From the NCBI GenBank assembly GCA_964016885.1, contig OZ024740.1, forward strand, positions 115,568,001 through 115,632,000: a DNA stretch of 64,000 nt. Direction: 5' to 3'. A program made the position numbers and the translations under genes. This stretch comes from Eledone cirrhosa. Lineage: Eukaryota. Each line of letters starts with the position of its first letter. Position 1 is the first letter of the stretch. Under the pieces are notes generated by a model, which worked only from the letters and a program-made list of their open reading frames with translations, made no database searches and was not told where the DNA came from. Positions 52,688 through 64,000 of the stretch are shown one piece after another.

Positions 52688-52837
52688 TGATCATCTCAAG
52701 GTTCGATCTGTATCGATCTGGCCCGACTCTGGAATCAAAAGCTCGTCCGACTTCTGTGGTAGTAATGAAAGAGGTCCGATGAGCTTTTGATTCCAGAAAC
52801 GGGTCAGATCGAAACAGATCGAACCGTGAGCTGATCA
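52688..52837 (+). other. 150-nt long hairpin (about 65-bp imperfect stem)
   Basis: GGTTCGATCTGT/ACAGATCGAACC, TCGATCTGGCCCG/CGGGTCAGATCGA, TCTGGAATCAAAAGCTCGTC/GATGAGCTTTTGATTCCAGA, GACTTCT/AGAGGTC. Confidence 0.85.
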
Positions 52838-52990
52838 CTAACTCTACACCTCGATACTGACGTGAACCTAAACATCGAGTGATCACCTGGATATGAACCT
52901 ACAGTAACTTCGCGTTACATTCCCTGGATATATATGTATGTATATATATATATATATATATATAAAGGTGTGTGTGTGTACGTCTGTGTC

Positions 52991-53059
<69 letters not shown>

Positions 53060-53176
53060 GTAACATACATACAGACATATATAAATATATATAACATACA
53101 TCATACGTACATACATACATACATACATACATACATACATACATACATACATACATACATACATACATACATACAT

Positions 53177-55170
53177 AGTGATTGCTTCATCTTTGCAGAT
53201 GATTGCCGTCTCCCTATGTACCCCCATCAACCGTCACCAACTCCAAACGTCCGTCCATGGCCCTTAGGTGGCTTTTAAGTCCAGCATTAGATTTGCATGG
53301 TTTGCAGCAAATGTGATAGACAAAAGATGTGCCCTCTATTGGATTTATTGGGTCAATTTGTGGGATGTCATCCTTATATACCCCCATATGCCTTTTAAGA
53401 CCAGAGATTGATTTGTAGATATTTTTGCACACCACACATGTTGTCTCACCTAACATTGGTGGGATAGAGCTGCATACAGTTGGCTTTTTGTGTGATTTTA
53501 AATGAGTGATGTACCCAAATTTAGTGAGCAGTAAACGACCACACACCTCACAAATCCAGCTCCCTATGTTCTTATTGAGGTCTATACTATGGCCTTATCG
53601 AAGTTGACGTTTAAGCTTTTCCTGATCAAGACGTCTCTCTTTAAACATTCTGCAGCCTTACTTCACATGGCCTCTCCATTTACCCCTCTGTAAAGCAAGC
53701 ACTTCCTAGTTCTGAACTTCAAACTGTAAATCTATGAGGTTGTTTTTTTGTGAAATCCTTATTTCTTTTTCTTGGTTTGTGCTGCGGGCGTTTCCCTGTG
53801 TGCAATTGACTGTAAAATAGTTGTTTTCGGAGTGTTTCCTCATTCATGCGCACAACATGGCCAACCCAACGCATTTGAGAGGATATGATGGTAGATTCAA
53901 TGATCGTGCAACCAGTATCTATAAGGATTTGTGTGTCAGGTATTTTGTGTTGCCATTTTTGTTTACCATGTACTGTCCACGTTTCTGAAGAGTACAACAG
54001 AGCACTCAGAATTCAGGCCTCGTTCACACTAATCTTGGTCTTGATATTGATGCCATGATCTGCCCACACTCTTTTTCAAGTTTTCCGAAGGCTACAGAGA
54101 CCTTCTGAATGCGCAGGTGTATTTCTGCATCCAGTGAACCATCCCTTGATAAAGTGTCAACTACACCCAACCTAGTTGCATACACCAATATATTTGGCTC
54201 AATATATGCTTCCCCTGGTGATGGGGTGAACATTACCTTGGTCTTTTTTAGATTAATTTTCATGCCAAATGCATTACAAAAAGCTGCAAAACAATCCATG
54301 ATGTGTTGCATGTCATCTTGAGAGTGAGCCAGAAAGTCAACATCGTCTGCATACGGGAGTTCTCTAAGTAATATTTGGAACACATTGGATTTGAAATTGA
54401 ACCTTCTTAGGCCAAAGATCCTTCCTGCAGTTCTAACTTGCAATAGAACACCCTTTGCACAGTCCTGGAATGCATGAGTCAGCATCACAGCAAAAAATAT
54501 TGAAAACAGTGTGGGAACCGGGAAACCTCCCTGCTTCACGCCATTATCAACTGGGATTTCATTGGACAATTCACCATTCAAAACAACCTGAGCCTTCATA
54601 TTTCTGAGCAGTCGGACGAACATATCAATAAACTTTGGTGGGCACCCTATTTTCCTTAATATTTTCCACAGTACACCTCTGTTCACCGTATCAAATGCCT
54701 TTGTTAGATCAACAAAAACTTGATAAAGAGGTATCCGCTGATCAATACATTTCTCCTGAATCTGCCTTGCAGAGAAGACCATATCAATCGTCCCTCTGCC
54801 AGATCTAAAGCTACTTTGTGATTCAGGGATTACTGTAGGACAAATGTCCTCCATCAACCTGTTCAACAATAATCTAGTAAGAACTTTGCCCACAGACTCC
54901 AAAAGAGTGATGCCACGGTAGTGATCGCAGATTCCTTTATCCCCTTTACCTTTAAACAAGGTACCATCTATCCAATCTTGTAGTATAGGAGCTCCAGCCC
55001 AGCACTCTGTGATGAGATAGAGTATTATTCTTATTACCAACCTTTAACAATTCCACAGGGATTCCATCTGATCCATGTGCCTTACCCATGTTTAACTGGT
55101 TGATGGCCATTTTAACTTCATTATAATCTGTTAATCGATCCATTTTAAAATTTGCAATACATTGGGGGAT
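53177..55170 (-). mobile_element. RTE-clade LINE, 5'-truncated and decayed, with (ATGT)n tail
   Basis: KAHGSDGIP.E, YRGITLL, FVDLTKAFDTV, GVKQG, YADD, QMRWVGHVVRM; C-terminal C2H2 motifs; 3' stem-loop CATCT-GCAA-AGATG. Confidence 0.9.
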
Positions 55171-55184
55171 GCCATATATATATA

Positions 55185-56335
55185 TATACATTATTGAGTA
55201 AAATGACAGGAGGCCGGACTGACGAAATTCCTTCAAAGATTTATTTCAGCAAAACACTATGTACATTTCAATGGCCAGGTTACGTAAGATCCTGATAACA
55301 TCATCAGGTGTATATTGCATAATAGTTATATAATAAAGTAATAATGGTAAACACAATCTGAGAGGCTATAAGGAGTGAAAGCAGATTTAAAAAAAAAAAA
55401 AAAAAAAACAGAGAAAAAGATGTTTGACCGCACGGCCTGTTTTCCTTTTTTTCTCCCTTTTCTATGCGTCAGTGGTCTTCTTTGTCTGCACATTGGACTA
55501 CAAGTCCTTATTCTCTTCTGTTTTACTATTTCTCTCCTTTCTTTATTTTCTCCTTTGGCTAAGACCGTGCACACTCTGTATCTGTATAATTTGTCTAAAG
55601 GCATAACTTGTCTCTACGTGTTTTGTTATGTCCCAATGGGCACTGGAATGAGTGGTAGCGACCTTATTTTTCGCCGAAACCGTAGCGATTTCCAGAGGTT
55701 GATTGAGGAAATGAGACTGTCCGTCTTTCCGTATTTGTGTGTGTGTGGGGGGGGGGGGTTCAAGCCTTTGTCCTATGCGCTCCCTATTTTGAATATATAT
55801 ATATATACAAAATCAAAAGAGGAATAAGTGTAACATTTGTTTATTATGTTATTACGTGACGATCGATTTTGTAATGCTCCTGCTCTCACTCGCTCAGTTA
55901 TGTACTAATCATATATATATATTTTACTTCGTGTGGATATCGACTAAAGCAGTCGAGGAGTATTTAAGCAGTGTTTCTCTGAAACCAGTTGCGAGAGTAT
56001 ATTCTACTTTTCGGAGTTACATAGCCGGATTTCGTCCCATTAACATGGGGAGGGAGGTTCTAATATTTTCTAGTTAATGGAAAACGCTGTGCCGTTATTT
56101 TTAAGGTTCCACACATGGTTCATGAGATGGGTGACATTCTTTTGTGAGGATGTCTGAAGGTTATTTCGCGGTTCAGATACAGGCTTTTAAACCGACTCTG
56201 ACATTCCGTCCAGTCTTCAGTTTGGTGGATCTGGTTGGTGGAGGTCACTTCTCCTTGATATATCACCGCTTGAGTGCTGCACTGTTGATCTAGTGGTCTT
56301 CTGCATAAGCATCCGCAAGGTGGGGAGCTTTTGCG
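55185..56335 (-). mobile_element. Decayed Penelope-like 3' portion (GIY-YIG remnant + pLTR)
   Basis: Minus-strand fragments FKSLYLN..TFRHPH and HLMNHVWNLKNNGTAFSIN*KILE parallel 30840-30990; hammerhead downstream on the same strand. Confidence 0.65.
55254..55311 (-). ncRNA. Type I hammerhead ribozyme
   Basis: Minus strand ACAC-CTGATGA-TGTTATCAGG..CCTGGCCATT-GAAA-TGTACA-TA-GTGT. Confidence 0.7.
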
Positions 56336-56337
56336 TT

Positions 56338-56400
56338 TGCGTTATCTTTTTACGGATTACATTGTATAGTGTTTTGGCCACTATATCATGCCTCATCTCT
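56338..56400 (-). mobile_element. Short internal fragment of RLE family C next to (ACAT)n
   Basis: MRHDIVAKTLYNVIRKKD matches 59316-59370. Confidence 0.7.
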
Positions 56401-56506
56401 ATGTATGTATGTATGTATGTATGTATGTATGTATGTATGTATGTATGTATGCATGCATGTATGTATGTATGTATGCATGTATCTATGTATGCATGTACGT
56501 ATGTAT

Positions 56507-57245
56507 GTCGAGGAATCTCTCCAGAAGACGGGTGTGACAGCGATACAAGACTCATGTCTCAGAGCCATATAAGAGGGTGGTAAGGATGACGGCTCTGCAG
56601 ACTTTGAATTTTGTCTCTGTTTTGAGGTTATTGTTTCTCCACACCCTTCTTTAGTCTCTCGAATGCGCTGCTGGCTTTGGCTAGTCTGTTATCCAATTCC
56701 TTATCTTTTAGTATGCACAGCATACTAAACATTTACTGGAAAGAACATGTCTCCAACACAGAGGTCATCGAGAAAGGCAACACGAAAACAGCCGCGCTGT
56801 GTTTTCATAAGAGTGATCTAGATGCAGTTAAAACACAGCTGCCATTCTCCAGAATGGCGGACCATCGCCTGTCAAAGATTGTACACTATAGTGTCTTCTG
56901 TCAGTCGAAACAGCGGTGTGCCCAAGAAGCGAGATAAAGAAATGTTCAAAAAGACCCTGAAAACACGTAACATCAACTCCCAGCCTGACTGCTGACCGCA
57001 ATGCTTGGTGCCGCACCATCCTGCAGACCACAAGCGAATTCAAGGCAAACCGTCGTGCAAGCCTGGCAGAAGGGTTGGGTCAGGATGTAACAAAGTAAAA
57101 GAGAGGCATTTCCTTGCGGTCGGTGTGGGCGGATCTGCCGAACACCGATCGGCCAGACCAGACAACAACGTGCATGCACGCTGTAGTGAACCCAAACTTT
57201 AATTTAATGTATCTTCATATCGAACTCATCGCCATCATCATCCTG
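56507..57245 (+). mobile_element. RTE-clade LINE 3' fragment with 5' inversion (56507-56707 on the minus strand)
   Basis: Minus: DKELDNRLAKASSAFERL..VWRNNNLKTETKFKVCRAVILTTLLYGSET*..LLERF; plus: SILNIYWKEHVSNTEV..RMADHRLSKI..DRNAW; flanked by (ATGT)n. Confidence 0.78.
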
Positions 57246-57393
57246 TATGTATTTACGTATGTGCGTATGTATGTATGTATGTATATATGTATATATGAAT
57301 GTATGTATGTGTGTATGCATGTGTGTATGCTCTATAAATGGAGCAGAGTTTTTAAAAGTTTTATAATGGAAAATCTGACAGACGTATTCGGCA

Positions 57394-57515
<122 letters not shown>

Positions 57516-58025
57516 GGTGTGTGTGTGTGTGATATTGGGGGGGGGGCGTATATGACAGGTATATATTTCATCAACCCCCGAGAGAATGAAAAACGGCAAC
57601 GTTTCAACACTTGTAACGCACATATACCTTCCTATACGCATAAGAATTTATTTTAAGGGAATGTACTCTTCTTCAAAATGGATTAGAGTTACTTCCCTTC
57701 TTATAACTTACAACTTTCTCGTTAATATTTAATGAATATGAAATATTCTTCAATAATCAATTTCAACCATTAATAGAGATACATACATACATACATACAT
57801 ACATACATACATACATACATACATACATACATACATACATACATACATACATGGTGGCTGCCAACTAGTTTTCGAGTACGGCCACTACTTTATATCTATG
57901 TAGGAGAACTCCTACCGATGCGCTGAACGAGTGACATACATACATACATACATACATACATACATACATACATACATACATACATACATACATACATACA
58001 TACATACATACATACATACATACAT

Positions 58026-60072
58026 AGCCATAGAGAAGCTGTCTTCTTCTTGGGATACTATCCTGAAGTTAAAGACAGAGAAGGAGGACTCTATTTTCCC
58101 CGATAAAATAGAATATCACAGGGGTATATATCCAGGAGACAGTCTCTCTGTGATACTATTTATCCTGTCATTAAACCCGTTGTCCTTTCTGCTCGAGAAA
58201 TGTGAAGGATACATCATTGTCTCACAGGAGGACAGAAATACGAACTTAACCCATAATTTCTTTGTGGGTGATCCGAAACTCTATGCCAAGAACATAGATG
58301 GGATGAAGAAAAATTTTGACCTGGTTACAACGTTCTCAAAGGATATAGGAATGTGTTTGGCCAAGATAAATGTTCATATATAACTGTAAAGCGGGGAAAA
58401 ACTACAACCCAATCTAGCAACATTTTTATCAATGGCTTAACTGTTTGATCGATATTTGATGAGGACTGCTACAGATACCTGGGGATAGATGCGAACATAT
58501 CCTATAATGGTATTTGTAATAAGGAACGCGTAACGGAATATTACACCCGATTGAGAAAAATATGGTCATCGGAACTCTCTGCGCACAATAAAACAGTGGC
58601 TCACAATGTGTTTGCTGTGCCTGTCCTAACGCCAATGTTTGGAATACTCAATTGAACGATAGACGAAATCCGAGCAATTGATGTTAGGACTCGAAAAATA
58701 CTAAACAACACCGGAAACTTCCACTTCAACAGTGACGTAGACCGCCTTTACTTTAAACGTAAGCAGGGAGGCAGAGACCTAACATCAGTCCAGACAACAT
58801 TTGAATGTCGCATCATATCCCTCCGACAACATTTACAAACCTCCAAGCGTACGAGCCCGTCTCTCGAGCAAGTCTATCTGCATGAGTCGGATAAGATCAC
58901 GAGAGTTGGTAAGGAACTCCTTGAAAGATATTCCCTGCGAGATAATAAAAAACTCACACCCGGGGAAGTTGCCCAGCAGTACCACAATGAATCCATGGAT
59001 GAAAAACTGCATGCTTATCAGCAAAAAATCATGCATGGATTTGTTGCCAGGAAGCTCCAGAGTGAGAGTAATATAGATAAGCAAAGTAGTCTATCTTGGA
59101 CCAACAACCGCTATATTGGCTCCCACTTTGAAGAATACGCTTTTGAAATCCAAGAACAGGAATTCAACACGAAATACCTGATTCACAAAAGAGATAGGGA
59201 TGCAGGCAAAACAGCTAGATGTGATAACAAGTGCAGACTCTGCAGAATTAACATCGAAGATGTCACCCATGTCATAAGCAGCTGTCCAAAGATGTCATCG
59301 TGGTACTATCAACCTATGAGGCATGATGTAGTGGCCAAAACACTGTACAATGCAATCCGTGAAAAAGATAGCCCCGATAATAAACACATTAAAAGCTACA
59401 ACAATGTGGAAGACATACATATACATAATATGAAAGAGTACTGGTGGAATGTTCCAGTAAAAACCCCAATAAAATGCAGTCATAACAGACCAGATATAAT
59501 GATATGGGACAGGGAAAAGAAGGCATGCACAGTAGTGAAAATTAGCTGCCCATCAGATGCCAATATAATATCAAAGATTAGAAAAGGAGAATATTTATGC
59601 AGAACCGATGAGAAATCGGCAGATACTCCATCCTGACTATGCCTTCAGATTTATGCCTGTTATTATTGGGGCACTGGGGTATGTTAGTAACTGCCTCAAT
59701 ACAAATCTTGAGAAGCTGGGCTTCACAGAAACAGAAAGGACACAACTAGTTAGGAAATTACAAGTACAATCCAAATGGAGGAGTAAAAATATGTAAAACA
59801 TTCCCAAAATTCTGCATCTAATAACTGCATATACACATGTACAGGTACAAAGCATATGCACATGCACACATACAATTCAAAACATACACATCCACACATA
59901 CAATAACATCCATACCTGCACACACATGCATGCATGCATGCATGCATGCAGACATGCATACATATCTACCTAGTTGATGTTGTGTGGATTCCAATGAGAG
60001 AGTTTTGTGTCTATACTAGAAACCGACTCTCCCTCTATTGGTAAACATTTATGAAATTATAAAACCAGAAGA
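58026..60072 (+). mobile_element. R4/Dong-like RLE LINE family C, copy 1 (5'-truncated, decayed)
   Basis: GIYPGDSLS, CRLC..EDVTHVISSC, RHDVVAK, HNRPDI, PVIIGALG; (ACAT)n at both ends. Confidence 0.88.
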
Positions 60073-60084
60073 ACATACATACAT

Positions 60085-61890
<1,806 letters not shown>

Positions 61891-62259
61891 TTTGTCTGTT
61901 TCTCTCTTACTGCTTCCCCGTTCTCTCTGTTGCTCTCACCTTCTTTCGCCCCCTCTGTCAGTTACACTTTCTCTCGACTGACCTCTTCCTCGCACTTCCA
62001 CTCACTCAATCTCTGTTTCTCCCCTTCTCACTTCCTCCCGTTTGGCACGTAGTGGGTTCTCTTCTTGCTCACATCTCACTCACGTCGGACGGTCTGTATC
62101 TTGATCGCTCATGAAATCCACCCAGCTTATGCAGACCGGATAACCATGTTGCTTGTTTATTCCCATCTTTGAGTTGCTTTCATCCTTCTATGTTGTCACT
62201 TGTCTCACTCGCTTTACGCGATTTACTTGTCCCAATAGCTTTTTTTAGTTATTGCTCGC

Positions 62260-62312
62260 ACCAACCTGAAGAAAAAGATTTTTAATGCGATGAAATATCA
62301 ATGATGGTTGGT
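62260..62312 (+). ncRNA. Degenerate hammerhead-like motif
   Basis: ACCAAC-CTGAAGA-..-GAAA-..-GTTGGT; stems II and III poor, G at the cleavage position. Confidence 0.35.
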
Positions 62313-62492
62313 AAATCACTGACGAAGGACTAATTTTATCATATGTAACCCATGTGCAACCACGCAGTATTCTTCTTTCTTCTCATGTTTTATATATATA
62401 TATATATCTTCCTGCTATATCAAGCGTTAATCTAATATATCCCTTCCATATACTGTACCGATTGTGTTGTTATTTCTGTTTCCCTTTTACAT

Positions 62493-62565
<73 letters not shown>

Positions 62566-63090
62566 CATATATGCACATGCGCACACATACACACACACAT
62601 GAATATATACATATGTGTGCGTTTTAAAAACCTAAGGTAAATAGAACTACCGTTTTAAATTCGAAATTTTCCCTAGGGAAGAATGAAGTTTACATATCTA
62701 TATATATTTTGCATAATATAAATTTATTGCAAAACAAAATATCCAGTAGAAAAACATATTGCACCCTACGAATAAAAGAGCGATTTAATTGCCCCTCACG
62801 GATAAAAGGACAAAGATATGCCGCGGGAATGGCCAGCGGCGCCCGCTGCAACAGCCACCCCAGCTCACGGGGATCTTTCCTGTGACAGACTACTGTCTTT
62901 CCGATTTTACGAAGGAAATTAGCAATGTAGGGACCAAGGACACCATAAATCTCGATAGTGACCGGAATAATGTATGAAGTGTAAGCAATTTTAACTATTC
63001 TAGGGTAGACGACAAGAAAACATCAACGAATATTCTTCGCACAGCACTCATTTAATGAATCTATTTCGAAACATGTGAAGTGTCTACATT

Positions 63091-63153
<63 letters not shown>

Positions 63154-64000
63154 TCACTCTCTCTCTCTCTCTCTCTCTCAATCTCTGTGGGGGTGGGGGT
63201 GCAGACACCTTTCTGGGTATTTACCTAAATATTTGACGTACAAAATTCAATTGAAAACAAAATAATTCGTTCGTTAACGTTCAATAAGTTAAGAAAAGAC
63301 AACTCTTTTCTTAATTTATTAAGAGTTACTTCCCTCGTCTATAGCGTGTTACCGTTTTTAAGTAGTTTATTTAAGTCCTTTATGGTTGTTCGACAGGCTA
63401 AACATAGCAGCCAATGTATCTTCATATTACAGGTTTCTATTCTGAAAAATAAATAGTACGCATTAGATAATGTACTCCTAGATACACTATTTTGACTAAA
63501 GGGTGACTTACTCTTAACCGGAAACAAGGTCCTCGTTTGCCTTAAAAATGTAAGGGGGACAAACCAACATTTGTTGATTCTTAAAGGAGCATGTTAGTAT
63601 TGCTTAGGGTGCCTTTACCGGACCCTATCACATAAGTAAAATTTTACGCTACGCTAATTAAATTTTATGTATTCAAATGATATAAAAAAAAAATAAGCTT
63701 AAAAAGAATTTATTATATCAAATAAACAAAAAGTAATACATAGACGTCTGAAAAAGTGTGTGGGGGGGGGGCATGTCCCCTGGTACCCCCCCTGAAACAA
63801 AGCCCTTGGCCAGAATATATTTTATTATATGCCTGCTGAATTAGGAATGACTAAATAACTAACAACATTCATCCTGATTAATGTATATAATTACTATACA
63901 AGCGATAATGTAGTCCTAGATACATTATGTCTCAATAAAGAGTGTGTATTTTATGTAGCTTACGAAAGGTATAATTAACAGTCAAATCTAAGCTTAGTAC

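Noticed and set aside
59985-60050. CCAATGA..GAAACC..GGTA in the family C 3' UTR as a hammerhead
   Set aside because: Core is non-canonical in both copies and stem I is not adjacent
63750-63810. GGGGGCATGTCCCC..CCCCCC motif as a MITE terminus
   Set aside because: No matching second terminus or TSD found in the window

Overview
Eukaryotic, AT-rich, microsatellite-dense repeat region with no recognisable host gene exon. Nearly all ORFs in the supplied track are simple-repeat artefacts. The SINE content and repeat landscape suggest an octopod cephalopod (inference). The window is organised into three microsatellite niches. (1) (TA)n tracts (about 4-14 kb, 29-33 kb, 55-56 kb) hold Penelope-like (Naiad-type GIY-YIG) remnants and at least eight sequence-distinct non-coding repeats carrying type I hammerhead ribozymes. 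About 11 of these motifs look intact; they include a 481-bp tandem array with an inverted copy and a 525-bp relative, both retrozyme-like. (2) An (ATT)n tract at 34.2-52.6 kb has absorbed R4/Dong-like RLE LINEs on the minus strand and Tx1-like APE LINEs on the plus strand. (3) (ACAT)n tracts at 53-62 kb host RTE LINEs and another RLE family, with the same opposite-strand rule. Also present are about 20 tRNA-derived SINE copies, CRE-like fragments, several palindromes and a 150-nt RNA-like hairpin at 52688-52837. All calls are by eye; family names are from recalled motifs, not database searches.
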